A DNA stretch of 64,000 bases, taken from NCBI GenBank assembly GCA_965649205.1, contig CBFGJV010000007.1, forward strand, positions 33,966 through 97,965. The letters are read 5' to 3'. The translations under genes and the position numbers were made by a program. The notes below the pieces were generated by a model that was not told the origin of the DNA, did not search any database, and was given only the letters and a program-made list of their open reading frames with translations. Below, in pieces: positions 10,385 to 20,900 of the stretch (position 1 is its first letter; each line of letters starts with the position of its first letter). Source of the DNA: a candidate division WOR-3 bacterium. GTDB lineage: Bacteria; Hydrothermota; Tepidihabitantia; Tepidihabitantales; Tepidihabitantaceae.

Positions 10385-12286
10385 GTGCACGTAGTAGTCG
10401 GTACTGCGGGCCACATTGACCACGGGAAGAGCGCCTTGGTACGGGCGCTTACTGGTACTGACCCGGACCGTCTCAAGGAAGAGAAAGAAAGGGGGATGAC
10501 CACAGATTTGGGTTTTGCTTTCCTGGGAGACAACATAACCATTATAGATGTGCCCGGGCACGAGAAATTCGTCCGTCATATGCTGGCTGGTGCTAGCACC
10601 ATTGACCTTGTGTTGCTGGTGGTGGCTGCGGATGACGGAGTAATGCCTCAGACCAGAGAACATTTTGAGATATGCAAGCTTATGGGAATACGCAAGGGAT
10701 TGGTGGTAATAAACAAGGCAGACCTGGTGGATGCAGAAATGCTGGAGCTGGTAAGGCAAGAAATAGCTGCGCTGGCGCAGGGGTCGTTTCTGGAGGGTGC
10801 GCCTGTTTTGGTGGTTTCAGCTCTCACTGGTCAGGGAGTGCCAGAACTCAGGGAGGCTATAGTAGAGATGGCCGGCAGGGTAGAACCCAAGCCGGACAGA
10901 GGTGTTTTCCGTATGCCGATAGACCGCTGTTTTTCTTTGCGGGGTTTTGGTACAGTGGTGGCGGGTACAATTCTTTCTGGTCAAGTACGGGTGGGAGAGC
11001 GACTGGAACTTCTTCCTGCTCAGATGGAAGTGCGGGTGCGGGGAATACAGAAACACAACCGGCCAGCAGATTCTGCCGGTCTGGGAGAAAGAGCAGCGCT
11101 GAACCTGCAGGGCGTGGAGCGGGAGACTGTGACGCGGGGCTGGGTTCTAGCCACCCCAGGCTATTACCAGCCTATGACCAGGTTCAATGCCTGGCTGTAT
11201 CTATTGAGACAGGACACACGACCTCTGCGGAATCTTACGAGGTTGAAGCTGCATATCGGTACGGCAGAAAAGATGTGCCGGATTGTGCTTTTGGACAAGA
11301 AGGAACTTCTGCCCGGGCAGGAAGCGTACGTGCAATGCCGGGTAGAAGAACCGGTGGTATGTGACTGGAATGACCATTTTGTCATCCGTACGTTTGCGCC
11401 TCAGCAGACGATAGGCGGCGGGGTAGTTCTAGAGACGAATTCGGATAAGGAAAAAAGGTTTGACGATGCGGTCATTCAGCGACTCCGGGCGTTGCGTTCA
11501 GGAGAAGCGGGTAGTGTGCTGGAACAGTATCTGATAAAAGCGGGACCAGAACCCAAAACTATGTTTCAGGCATGCCGGGACCTGGCCCTGGCTGAGGTGG
11601 AGGCGACAAAGATGCTGGAGGTGCTGGTGCGAACCGGCAGGGTGCGTCGGTTTCAGTGGGAAGCAAAGGAATGGTTAATACATGAACAGTCTTTTGCCCA
11701 GGCAGTGGCTGCAATTGAGTCTTTTCTGGCGGATTTTCACCGGCAGAATCCTTTTCGCCTGGGATTGAGGCGGCCCGAGTTGCGGGTAAAGGCGGGGTTG
11801 CCGATTGCGCTTTATGAGGCGGCACTGGCACATTTGGTGAGCACAGGCCGCATCGCGGTTGAGGCAGAGCGAATAAGGTTTGCAGAACACAGGCTGCAAC
11901 TGAGTCCAATCGAGCAGAAACACTTTGATCGACTGAGCAATACTTTTCGAGAGGCGGGTCTGCAGGCACCTTCTCTGGCAGAAGAACTGGCGATGCTGGA
12001 GAAGAGAGTGGCAGAAAGAGTGCGGGCTGCGTTGCTGGAAACAGGCACTCTTGTAGACTTGGGTGAGTCGGTGGTGCTGCATCGCGACACAATACGGGCG
12101 GCAGAGGACAAAATACGGCGTCTGTTTTCCCGCAAGCCGGAGCTGACTGCTTCGGAAATCAGGCAGGAGCTGGGCACGACTCGCAAATATCTGATTCCTC
12201 TGCTGAACTACTTTGACTCCCGGGGTATAACGCAAAGAAAAGGCGAGGTAAGGATTTTAAAGCAGAAAGGAACTACTGACCTGTGA
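10385..12286 (+). CDS. selB: Selenocysteine-specific elongation factor
   Basis: [20 protein letters not shown]-terminal winged helix [10 protein letters not shown]. Confidence 0.97.
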   Translation: MHVVVGTAGHIDHGKSALVRALTGTDPDRLKEEKERGMTTDLGFAFLGDNITIIDVPGHEKFVRHMLAGASTIDLVLLVVAADDGVMPQTREHFEICKLMGIRKGLVVINKADLVDAEMLELVRQEIAALAQGSFLEGAPVLVVSALTGQGVPELREAIVEMAGRVEPKPDRGVFRMPIDRCFSLRGFGTVVAGTILSGQVRVGERLELLPAQMEVRVRGIQKHNRPADSAGLGERAALNLQGVERETVTRGWVLATPGYYQPMTRFNAWLYLLRQDTRPLRNLTRLKLHIGTAEKMCRIVLLDKKELLPGQEAYVQCRVEEPVVCDWNDHFVIRTFAPQQTIGGGVVLETNSDKEKRFDDAVIQRLRALRSGEAGSVLEQYLIKAGPEPKTMFQACRDLALAEVEATKMLEVLVRTGRVRRFQWEAKEWLIHEQSFAQAVAAIESFLADFHRQNPFRLGLRRPELRVKAGLPIALYEAALAHLVSTGRIAVEAERIRFAEHRLQLSPIEQKHFDRLSNTFREAGLQAPSLAEELAMLEKRVAERVRAALLETGTLVDLGESVVLHRDTIRAAEDKIRRLFSRKPELTASEIRQELGTTRKYLIPLLNYFDSRGITQRKGEVRILKQKGTTDL

Positions 12287-12361
12287 CTTGTCTGCAGTTA
12301 CAAGGATCGAGTCTATTACTGGCGCCAAAGAACCGGCGGCAAATAACCGATAAGGAGTCTA

Positions 12362-13402
12362 ATGGGTAGGAAAGGAATACTGGCCACGGTAAGTTGTGCA
12401 GGTTGAGCGTCCAAGCTTAGTAAGGCGCAGTTGGCGCTCGTACTTGACAAACTGAGAAGACACGAGGACCCCAGACTGCTTGTGGGTATTAATACTGCGG
12501 ACGACGCCGGGGTTTTCTTGTTGCGACCTGATCTGGCATTGGTGCAGACTGTGGATTTGCTCACGCCTATGGTGGAGGACCCCTATGTCTTTGGCCGGAT
12601 TGCGGCTACTAATTCTCTTTCAGACGTTTATGCCATGGCCGGCACGCCGGTGACAGTTTTGAACATAGCCGGTTTTCCGGCGCCCGCGGACAAATCCTGG
12701 CTTGCCGCTATATTGCAAGGCGGTGAGGACGCAGTGGCTGAGGCTGGGGCGGTGGTATGTGGCGGTCATACTTTCAACGAAAAGGAAATAAAGTTTGGGC
12801 TGGCCGTGACCGGTACCATTGATCCGGGGCGGATTGTAACTAATGCCGGCGCCAAGCCCGGAGACGTTCTGGTTCTGACCAAGCCTTTGGGAACAGGGAT
12901 ATTTGCACAAGTGATGATGAACGAAGATAAGGTTGATGAACGACTTTATCAGGCGGCAGTTCAATCGATGATGACCTTAAATCGGGCAGGGTCAGAGGCT
13001 ATGGTTCAACTGGGGGCGAATGCAGCAACGGATATTACCGGTTTTGGTTTGCTTGGACACGCCCAGGAGATGGCTCAGGCCAGTAGAGTGAGTATAAGGC
13101 TGGAGTTCAGCAGGATTCCCCTTCTGCCTGGGGTACGGGAGCTGGCGCGGGCCGGTATAGTGGATGCGGGGGTGGCTATGAATATGTCCAGTTTCGAGCA
13201 GTATGTGCACTGGGCCGAGTCCATTGTTGAATCTGACCGCAATTTGCTTTGGGAGTCAGAAAGTTCCGGTGGTCTTCTAGTGAGCCTTCCTCAGGAAAGT
13301 GCAGAACGGTATCTGGAAGCGGTGGGTGAGAGGGGGGTACAGGCAGCGGTAATCGGCGAAGTGCGGACAGGACCGCCTGGCGAAGTGGAAGTAAGGAGTT
13401 AG
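12362..13402 (+). CDS. selD: Selenide, water dikinase; selenoprotein (UGA-Sec at 12404-12406)
   Basis: ATG 12362 after AAGGAG reads MGRKGILATVSCAG-TGA-ASKL in frame with ORF 12431; DDAGV, NSLSDVYAM, GGHT, TDITGFGLLGH. Confidence 0.95.
12419..12444 (+). promoter_or_regulatory. Putative bacterial SECIS hairpin of selD
   Basis: AGTA-AG-GCGC-[AGTTG]-GCGC-TCG-TACT; G-containing loop begins 22 nt after UGA. Confidence 0.6.
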
Positions 13403-13404
13403 TT

Positions 13405-14259
13405 ATGTTCTGGCAGGCGCTAAAGACACAGTTTTTCAGTCCGGAGAAACTCGTTGATTATGCAGTCAGGGCCATTCAGATAGTTCTGGTCTTGGTAGGA
13501 GCCTGGTTGGTTTATCTGGTGGTTAGTAGAATTCTGCGTCGGGCGCTAAGTCGGGCACAATTGCACGAGCGACGGGCAAGAACGCTTCTGTCTCTTATTC
13601 AGAGTCTGCTTGGTTACGGTATTCTATTTGTGGCTATCGTACTGGTATTGCGCATTCTGGGAGTAGATTATACGGCGATCCTGGCCGGAGCGGGTGTGGT
13701 GGGTCTGGCGGTAGGTTTTGGCGCGCAGACGCTGGTGCGAGATTTTATATCAGGCTTTTTTCTTCTTTTTGAAGATTTGATTAGCGTAGGGGACTTTGTC
13801 ACGGTAGGCGACATTTCCGGCACGGTGGAAAGAGTGGGATTAAGGATAACTCAACTGCGGGGTTTTGACGGTACCCTGCATGTGGTGCCCAACGGAGAGT
13901 TGACCAAGTTTGGTAATGCTAATCGCGGTTTCTGCCGGGCTCTGGTAACGGTGGATATGGCATACGAGCAAGATACGCAGAAAGGGCTTTCTCTGGCCGC
14001 GGAGGCGGCAAGGCGGTGGTATGAGGCCAATAGAGAATTGGCTCTGGAACCGCCAGAGGTTCAGGGCATAGTGGCTTTTGGCGAATCGGGTGTGAGAATC
14101 CGGGTGGTGGCGAAAGTGCAACCTATGCAGCACTGGCAGGCCGAACGTTCCTTGCGTCTGGTTCTAAAGGAAGCCTTTGATGCCGCGGGGATTGAGATAC
14201 CTTTTCCGCGACGGGTGGTGTATGCCAGACAGGAAAAGTCTGGTACTACCCACGGTTGA
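13405..14259 (+). CDS. Small-conductance mechanosensitive channel family protein
   Basis: GLAVGFGAQTLVRDFISG, VGDFV, GIEIPFP. Confidence 0.93.
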   Translation: MFWQALKTQFFSPEKLVDYAVRAIQIVLVLVGAWLVYLVVSRILRRALSRAQLHERRARTLLSLIQSLLGYGILFVAIVLVLRILGVDYTAILAGAGVVGLAVGFGAQTLVRDFISGFFLLFEDLISVGDFVTVGDISGTVERVGLRITQLRGFDGTLHVVPNGELTKFGNANRGFCRALVTVDMAYEQDTQKGLSLAAEAARRWYEANRELALEPPEVQGIVAFGESGVRIRVVAKVQPMQHWQAERSLRLVLKEAFDAAGIEIPFPRRVVYARQEKSGTTHG

Positions 14260-14274
14260 GCTCTGCCGGTTATT

Positions 14275-14688
14275 CTAGTCTGACAGGTGGTTTTCCCTGG
14301 CCGAATCGGTCCGGTCGGCTTCGGCTTGAAGACGATGTAGTTCCTCGTCGGTCAGCCCGAAGTAGTGACCAACCTCATGGATTACCACCTTGCGAACGAG
14401 AGCGCGTACTTCGTCTTCGGTACGGCACTGACGTTCTATCGGAACTTGAAAAATAAGAATGCGGTCAGGCAGAACATTGCCGTACCAGGGACCGCGACGC
14501 GAGAAGGGCACACCTTGATACGCACCTAGCAACTGCAGCGGGTGATGACCCAGCTGCTCGGCCAGAGCTGGAGGGGCGTAGGGCATCGTCTCAATTCCAA
14601 TGTTTTCGAATCTCCTGCGGAAGTACTCGGGAATTCCAGCTACTGCTTCTTCTACTAGCTCGGCGAATCGCTCCGGACTCAGCTTCAC
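14275..14688 (-). CDS. Minimal zincin-like metallopeptidase (Zincin_1 family)
   Basis: LLGAYQG, PDRILIFQ, HEVGHYFG. Confidence 0.88.
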   Translation of the reverse strand: MKLSPERFAELVEEAVAGIPEYFRRRFENIGIETMPYAPPALAEQLGHHPLQLLGAYQGVPFSRRGPWYGNVLPDRILIFQVPIERQCRTEDEVRALVRKVVIHEVGHYFGLTDEELHRLQAEADRTDSARENHLSD

Positions 14689-14742
14689 CTTTCTCTGCCT
14701 CCAGTTTTTCTGCCTGTCATTTACTCAGAAATTCCGAACGGT

Positions 14743-15438
14743 CTAAGTCGCCTGATCTCTGGGGCCGAAAATTGCGGTGCCTATGCGAATGATGGTGGCT
14801 CCCTCCTCGATGCCCTGTACGAAATCAGACGACATTCCCATAGACAGATGCGGAAGGGGAATCGAAAAACGTTGCCGCAGTGTTTCTGCTAGCTGGCGCA
14901 GGAGTCGAAAGCAGGGCCGGGAAGCTTCCGGGTCTTCTACCGCCCAGCCCGGGCCGATGGTCATCAGGCCTACCAGATGCAGTTTGTCTAACTGTAAAAC
15001 AGTTTCAACGAGCTCATTGAGCTTTTCTGGAGCAACACCAAACTTTGTTGGCTCTTTGGAAGTATTGACCTCGATAAGCACGTCCATAGTAGTGGCCATC
15101 TGTTCACACCGTTTCTGCACTACAACGGCAAGGTGCGGAGAATCAATGCTTTGTAAGACGGAAAATAGTTCCAGAGCCTTCTTGACTTTGTTGGTCTGGA
15201 GATGTCCAACAAGATGCCAGGTGGCCGGAAGGGTCACTAACGGCTTTTTGGCCGCTGCTTCTTGCACGCGGTTCTCTCCAATGTTGGTGATGCCGGCTCG
15301 AATCGCAGCGGTGATTTCCTCGGGGGTGCGGGTCTTGGAAACGGCTACCAGGGTAATTTCCTGTCGCTGTCTTCCTGAGCGGTGGCAGGCGGCGCAAATC
15401 TTCTCTTCTAGTCTCTTTACGTTTTCGGCAATACTCAC
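14743..15438 (-). CDS. yggS: PLP homeostasis protein YggS family (GTG 15438, probably leaderless)
   Basis: [35 protein letters not shown]. Confidence 0.95.
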   Translation of the reverse strand: MSIAENVKRLEEKICAACHRSGRQRQEITLVAVSKTRTPEEITAAIRAGITNIGENRVQEAAAKKPLVTLPATWHLVGHLQTNKVKKALELFSVLQSIDSPHLAVVVQKRCEQMATTMDVLIEVNTSKEPTKFGVAPEKLNELVETVLQLDKLHLVGLMTIGPGWAVEDPEASRPCFRLLRQLAETLRQRFSIPLPHLSMGMSSDFVQGIEEGATIIRIGTAIFGPRDQAT

Positions 15439-15443
15439 GCCAG

Positions 15444-15471
15444 AGTATAAAGCGGGAACTAACCTAATCAA
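15444..15471 (-). promoter_or_regulatory. Promoter for yggS
   Basis: TTGATT-N16-TATACT-N5-GTG. Confidence 0.7.
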
Positions 15472-16084
15472 GATTCGGCTGGCGTGACCTTACACGTGAA
15501 AGAAAGTGTGGCTTGTTTCAGGCGTACTCAGGAAAAGGGACTGCGATTAGGGCAAAGGTGCGGGGAATAACAGGCAATATACCGAACGAGGTGACTATTC
15601 AGGTGAAGGGAGAGGTGGTAGAGGTTGGCGGTTTGCAGACTGGAACCAGAACTTAAGAGGAGCAGGGAGCGGTACCGGTGGCAGCATTAGCTAGCCGAGC
15701 AGAAAGGAGGGCTATTGAGAAAGCACAGGAGGAAGTCGGGCGGAGGGTAACAGACAGAATGATATAAGAAGTCGAGGGGGGAGCCGCCTGGGGAACGGCT
15801 CGGGGGCAGCCCCCCGGCTGGGGATACCTGCAAAGCGGTTATTATCTAACTAAGTGTAAAAATGGGAGTTAGTCAGTTGTTATCGCGAGGGTGGGTACTT
15901 TGAGTTTCATGGTCATGATCGTTCATCAGTATGCTCAACTTGAGTAAAGGGGTATGGCCTGCAGTTTTGTCGGGGAATCAGGCCGGTAGGATAAGTAGGA
16001 TAAGTCCTAGCAAAGCTGATTCGGGAAGAAATAACAGGCGGGGTTGCCGGTGGGACGGTAAGGCTGGGCCTGTATTTTGGTTGC

Positions 16085-16112
16085 TTGACAGAACGGACTA
16101 GACGGCTATCTT
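16085..16112 (+). promoter_or_regulatory. Promoter for the DUF2520 operon
   Basis: TTGACA-N16-TATCTT, 9 nt before ATG 16122. Confidence 0.6.
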
Positions 16113-16121
16113 GGGCAGCAG

Positions 16122-17075
16122 ATGCATACAGAATCGCACCGGCCAATGAAGGTAGCAGCGCGAACTTCTCCTCGGGAGGATGGACGGGAAGCGACAAGAG
16201 TTTCCAGCTGGCGTAGGAAGAAGATAGGTATTATTGGCGCAGGCCGGGTAGGAAGTGCGCTGGCAGTACACTGCAAGCGTTTGCGCCTTCCGCTTGTTGG
16301 AATTGCGGATAAGCGGAGTAAGCAGGCCTGGGTGGTTTACAGTTTGTTGAAAATACCATATCAGAGATGGAAACCAAGCGAACTGGCGGCCGGCAGTGAT
16401 ATTCTTTTTCTTACTGTTCCGGATGGGCAGATAGAACCGTTGTTCTTGGCTATACGCAAGTGTTTACGGCACGGAACGTTGGTGGTGCACTGTTCCGGAG
16501 TGTTGGGGGTGGATGTGTTCAAGGGCGCGCAGGAATTGGGAATTGAAACACTGGCTTTGCATCCCATACAAAGTTTTTCCAGTCATGCAGAGGCAATTCG
16601 CACCCTACCCGGTTCTTTCTTCGCCTTGGAGGGAAGCCGAGCTGGTCTGGCTTATGGTCGCAGACTGGTGCGGCAGCTGGGTGGAAACTGCGTTGAGGTA
16701 GCCGCTCCCGATCGGCCTTTATACCATGCGATGTGCGTATTTGCCTCAAACTTCGAGAATGCACTGGTGGATGCGGCAGAAAGTATTGCAGCCCGTCTGG
16801 GAATCGGCCGCAGGAGGGCAGCGAAGATGCTGGCGCCGCTGATGCGAGCAGTGCTGGATAATGCCGTGAGCTACGGTGCGCTGGCGAGTTTGACTGGACC
16901 GGTGCAGAGAGGAGATGTGAAGACTGTGGCCCGGCATCTGCAGGCGCTGTCGTCGCGGGCACCGGAGCTGGTTCCTCTGTATCGGGAGTGCTCTCTGCGT
17001 CTGCTGGACATGGCACGACGGCAAGGGTTGGATAGCAAGTCGGCATGGGAAATCAGGGCCTTGCTGCGGGGCTAG
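16122..17075 (+). CDS. Rossmann-like plus DUF2520 protein (PanG-like putative ketopantoate reductase)
   Basis: IIGAGRVG, VHCSG, LHP, YHAMCVFASN, LTGPVQRGD. Confidence 0.85.
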   Translation: MHTESHRPMKVAARTSPREDGREATRVSSWRRKKIGIIGAGRVGSALAVHCKRLRLPLVGIADKRSKQAWVVYSLLKIPYQRWKPSELAAGSDILFLTVPDGQIEPLFLAIRKCLRHGTLVVHCSGVLGVDVFKGAQELGIETLALHPIQSFSSHAEAIRTLPGSFFALEGSRAGLAYGRRLVRQLGGNCVEVAAPDRPLYHAMCVFASNFENALVDAAESIAARLGIGRRRAAKMLAPLMRAVLDNAVSYGALASLTGPVQRGDVKTVARHLQALSSRAPELVPLYRECSLRLLDMARRQGLDSKSAWEIRALLRG

Positions 17076-17094
17076 AACGAAAAGAAAGACTGCA

Positions 17095-18147
17095 GTGAAT
17101 AGAAAAGCAGCTGTGTTATTGCTGGTTGGGGCGATATTGTGTGGTGTAGGAGGATGTGCTAAGAAGATGTTGCCTCCCAGTCCGGACAGGTTTACCCCGA
17201 ATCTGGAGGAAATAGTTACCCGCAATCGGGTCCGGCTGGAATTGAGGTTTGACGAGGATTTGGATCCAACACGGATTTCTGCCGACAGCTTTACTATTCA
17301 AGGACCAGAAGGCAGATCTTTGACGGTAAGAGTAGCCACGGCCGGTCGCAGGACCGGAACGGTGGAACTGTGGACAGAGCCTCAGGAGCCGGTTCTGTAT
17401 CGCATCACAGGGACGGTAGCGGATAGAGCAGGCAATATCCGCAGGTTCAATAGCCGTTTTCGAGGGTCGGCAAGAATGGATACGATTGCTCCCCGGGTGT
17501 TGAAGATTACTCCGGAGCCGGGCAGTGCAGGCAGGCGCAGACCTATTGTGAGGATAGATTTCAATGAACCGGTGGATACCGCCCCGGGTCTTTCTTTCTT
17601 GTTCGTGCCCGCAGCCGCAGATAGTTTTTTCCATACTCGCTGGGAACCTGATGGGCAGACGGTGATATGGCAGTTGGGGGAAAGAGGAGAGGGCGGGAAA
17701 GATTCGACTTTAGGAGGGAGGGATTCTGTTGCTGATGTGCGCGCGATACTTTCCGGCGTTATCTATTTTGCGCTTCTGCCCGGGGTAACTGATTTGGAGG
17801 GTAACCGCAGCGAAGAACCAGTTTTTACTTATTTTACGGCTGATTCGGCGTTATCGGCTCTGCCGGTGAGGGGGCGGGTAGTGTCTTCTACAAGTTGGCA
17901 GGTTGCTTTGGTGTTTTTTTATTCTCCGATCAGTCCCGGTTTGGCAGTGGTGCGAGCAGACGGCTCTTTCTCGACTGTTTTGGCGGCCGGGAAGTATAGA
18001 GTGTGGGCTGCGGCGGATGAAAATGGAGATAATCAGGCAGAGCTGGTCAGCCCGACAACAGAGTTTGCTACCGAGCAGGAAAGTCTTAATCTCCATCTGC
18101 AATATTCCGAAACGCGTAAACCGCTTGCTGCCTACAGGCAGCCGTAA
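17095..18147 (+). CDS. Lipoprotein with bacterial Ig-like (Big_5-type) domains
   Basis: Lipobox VGGC-AKKMLPPSPD; FDEDLD, DRAGN, DTIAP, FNEPVD, DLEGN. Confidence 0.7.
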   Translation: MNRKAAVLLLVGAILCGVGGCAKKMLPPSPDRFTPNLEEIVTRNRVRLELRFDEDLDPTRISADSFTIQGPEGRSLTVRVATAGRRTGTVELWTEPQEPVLYRITGTVADRAGNIRRFNSRFRGSARMDTIAPRVLKITPEPGSAGRRRPIVRIDFNEPVDTAPGLSFLFVPAAADSFFHTRWEPDGQTVIWQLGERGEGGKDSTLGGRDSVADVRAILSGVIYFALLPGVTDLEGNRSEEPVFTYFTADSALSALPVRGRVVSSTSWQVALVFFYSPISPGLAVVRADGSFSTVLAAGKYRVWAAADENGDNQAELVSPTTEFATEQESLNLHLQYSETRKPLAAYRQP

Positions 18148-18160
18148 GTGGGTTGTGTCT

Positions 18161-20137
18161 ATGGATATCATTTTGACCGGATTACTGCTGCTGCTGGCGG
18201 TGGCGATGTACTTCCGCAACCTGCGCGAGGCGGGTTGGCTGCTGGTGCTGCGGTTATTGGTAGTGCTGCTTCTGGCGGCAATACTTTTAAATCGTACTCT
18301 CAGCTTTCATTGGCGGGTAAAACCGGGAAAGGTGGCGGTGCTGATTGACCGTTCTCTGAGTATGGTGCACGGCCGGGCTGATATACTGGCAGTCGCCGCG
18401 GCCCGACGTTTTCCGGTGCCGGCCGGACTGGCAACCGAGTGGTGGGAGTTTGCTGACGGTGTCTGGAGGACGAGGTCTTTGCGTGCCGAGCCGGTGGCTA
18501 CAGGTGATACGGCAGGCAATCGCCGTACGCGGCTGGGGCCGGCGCTGGCAACGATCATCAGGACTAGACCCGCAGCCGTGGTGGTAGTGAGTGACGGCCA
18601 AGATAATGGCGAGCTGAGCCCGGTGCAGGTGGCAAGGAACAGTGGTGTTCCCATCTATACCGTGGGGTGCGGGGTCACGGGGTTACGTAATGTAGAGGTG
18701 ACGGGGCTGCAGGTACCGCCGGTGGTCTATGCGGGCGATACCTTCACCGTTACCGGCCGGATACGTTATTCTGGTTTTCGTTCTGAGCCGGCAACAGCCC
18801 GGGTTGGACAGAAGGTTATAGCTCTTACTTTGGGCGAAGAGACAGCAGAGCAGGAGTGCAGTTTCACTCTGACCGCGGAGGGTATCGGCTACCAACTGGT
18901 GCGGTTCCAAGTGGACACTCTTCCGGACGAATTTGCTTATGCTGATAACTACGCAGAGACAGGGGTAGAAGTACTACCAGGTCGTATCCGGCTGGCGTAT
19001 GTTACCAACCGGCCTAGCCCGCAGACGCGGTTTGTGACTGATGTCATCAGACGGGAACCCAGGATGGAGTTGGCGCAGGTAGTAACACAGCCAACTGGAA
19101 GTTCCAGTGTTGCTGAGGCTGATGTTTATGTGCTAGACAACGTGAACGAGCCAGACTGGTCGACAGCCCAGAGGGACTTGCAATATCTGGTACACAAAGT
19201 GGAAAACGGCGCTGGGGCGTTGATTTTGGCCGGACCTGACTTTTTTCCTGTCCAACTGTTGCGAGAGTTGCTGCCCAGTGGTGCAGGTGTGAATAGAAAA
19301 CAGGGTAGCTTTCTTCCGCAGCTAGCCGAGGCGGGCAGGGTGTATTCCTGGCTTGCTGGTATTCGCTTCGAACGGTTGCCGCCGTTTGGCGAATTATTTG
19401 AGCCGGTCATAAATGGTCAGACTGAAGTCTGGGTGACCACATCTGAAAATGTCTTGCCGGTGATTATGGCCTACCGGGTAGGCAAAGGAAGGGTGGTGTA
19501 CGTGGCCGGACATCCTTTGTGGCGATGGGGTTTTGGTGCAGATATCCAATCGAGGAATGAGAGTCAACTCAGTATGTTTATTGTTGGTGCGGTTCGTTAT
19601 CTGGCGGAAAGGGAAAGACAACTGTTTCGTATGGTAACTGACAAATCCACTTATCTGCGTGGAGAGCCAGTGCGGGTGACGCTACATGCCTTGACGCCTG
19701 ACGGCTCGGCCTGGGTTGGACTGGATGCAAATCTGTGGGTCGATTCTATCCGACAGCTGCCCATGCGGGAGAGGGCAGCTGGCGCATATGAAGCCAACGT
19801 GGCCGCACTAGTTCCTGGCTACCATACCTTACGGGCCGAAGTCTTTCTGGGTGATTCACTGGTGGGAACCGCTGCTGTTTCTTTTGCCGTGTCCGCACGC
19901 GAACTGGAATTGTCCCGGTTGGGTCTGGACCGGCAGATGCTTGTCGCATTAGCCGAAGCGAGTGGAGGTCAATATTTTAGATGGGATAGTCTGCCGCCTG
20001 AAGGCTTTGCACTGGCGCAGGCTTCCTACCGTCGCAGTCTGGCATTCGAGCCGAGAAGAAGTTTCTGGGTCTATGGGTTGGTGGCTGTCCTCCTGGGGGC
20101 CGAGCTGGTACTGCGGAGGAAGAGAGGTCTATTGTGA
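18161..20137 (+). CDS. Membrane-anchored vWA-domain protein with GATase-like central domain
   Basis: ATG 18161; two TM helices, MIDAS DRSLSM, VVSDG, GKGRVVY...LWRW, C-terminal LRRKRGLL. Confidence 0.8.
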   Translation: MDIILTGLLLLLAVAMYFRNLREAGWLLVLRLLVVLLLAAILLNRTLSFHWRVKPGKVAVLIDRSLSMVHGRADILAVAAARRFPVPAGLATEWWEFADGVWRTRSLRAEPVATGDTAGNRRTRLGPALATIIRTRPAAVVVVSDGQDNGELSPVQVARNSGVPIYTVGCGVTGLRNVEVTGLQVPPVVYAGDTFTVTGRIRYSGFRSEPATARVGQKVIALTLGEETAEQECSFTLTAEGIGYQLVRFQVDTLPDEFAYADNYAETGVEVLPGRIRLAYVTNRPSPQTRFVTDVIRREPRMELAQVVTQPTGSSSVAEADVYVLDNVNEPDWSTAQRDLQYLVHKVENGAGALILAGPDFFPVQLLRELLPSGAGVNRKQGSFLPQLAEAGRVYSWLAGIRFERLPPFGELFEPVINGQTEVWVTTSENVLPVIMAYRVGKGRVVYVAGHPLWRWGFGADIQSRNESQLSMFIVGAVRYLAERERQLFRMVTDKSTYLRGEPVRVTLHALTPDGSAWVGLDANLWVDSIRQLPMRERAAGAYEANVAALVPGYHTLRAEVFLGDSLVGTAAVSFAVSARELELSRLGLDRQMLVALAEASGGQYFRWDSLPPEGFALAQASYRRSLAFEPRRSFWVYGLVAVLLGAELVLRRKRGLL

Positions 20138-20898
20138 GCACAGCAAAGAAAGCCCGACCTTGGAGTTGCAGTTTTCAGTTTCGCGCGTGGATTTCAACCG
20201 TTGTCTTTCTGGGCGTATTTCTTACCCTGGGGGGAACAGGAAAAGCTTCAGAAAACGTAGATGAGCCGAAGAGGGTAGTAGTCTGCACCGAGTCGTCAGC
20301 GGTCCATCTTGGTTTTGGAGCCAAGTTGGCGCTGCGCCTCAGAGAGCGGGGCATAACCCCGGAGCTGGTGGTTACTGCTATTGCCATGTTGCCGATTGTG
20401 GAATTGCGAGGTGCGGTGCCTGTGGGTATTAACTTGCTAGGTATGCCGTGGTACCGGGCAGTGTTGTTTGCTGTGGTTGGCAATCTGCTGCCTATTCTAT
20501 TCATCCTGTTCATGCTGGAGCGGCTGGTTGCGTGGCTGGGTAGACTGCCTCTGTTGCGCAGATTTTTTGACTGGCTGTTTGCCCATGCTAAACGGAGAAG
20601 CGGCGTGATAGAGCGGTATGAGTTCTGGGGCTTGGTGGTATTTGTCGGCATACCTTTGCCCGTGACCGGCGCCTGGACCGGTTCGATTGCTGCGGTCTTG
20701 TTGGGTTTCGGTTATGGCCGAGCTTTGCTGGCGCTTACGCTTGGCGTCCTGATTGCCGCCGCGATAGTTACAGCGCTTTCCCTGCTGGGTGCATGGGGAG
20801 CGCTGATCGCCTTGGCTGTATTGGCGGCATTAGCTGGCAATGCGGTTTTGTCGGGCAGGAGGCGGGGAAAGAAGGGCATGGCAGACCAGCGGCAATAA
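20134..20898 (+). CDS. COG2426 / putative small multidrug export membrane protein
   Basis: MLPIVELRGAVPVG, FVGIPLPVTGAWTG. Confidence 0.85.
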   Translation: MSTAKKARPWSCSFQFRAWISTVVFLGVFLTLGGTGKASENVDEPKRVVVCTESSAVHLGFGAKLALRLRERGITPELVVTAIAMLPIVELRGAVPVGINLLGMPWYRAVLFAVVGNLLPILFILFMLERLVAWLGRLPLLRRFFDWLFAHAKRRSGVIERYEFWGLVVFVGIPLPVTGAWTGSIAAVLLGFGYGRALLALTLGVLIAAAIVTALSLLGAWGALIALAVLAALAGNAVLSGRRRGKKGMADQRQ

Positions 20899-20900
20899 TT

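Noticed and set aside
12287..12361. tRNA-Sec between selB and selD
   Set aside because: Too short; no cloverleaf, TCA anticodon arm or T-loop
15728..15741. GGAGGAAGTCGGGC resembling the RNase P RNA GAGGAAAGUCC motif
   Set aside because: Two deletions relative to consensus and no matching 3' P4 strand (AGAACCCGGCTTA-like) downstream
17903..18160. ORF-track N-terminal extensions (also 2736, 15471, 31550, 47017, 57242, 61143)
   Set aside because: They overlap upstream genes or promoter boxes; downstream starts fit family N-termini better
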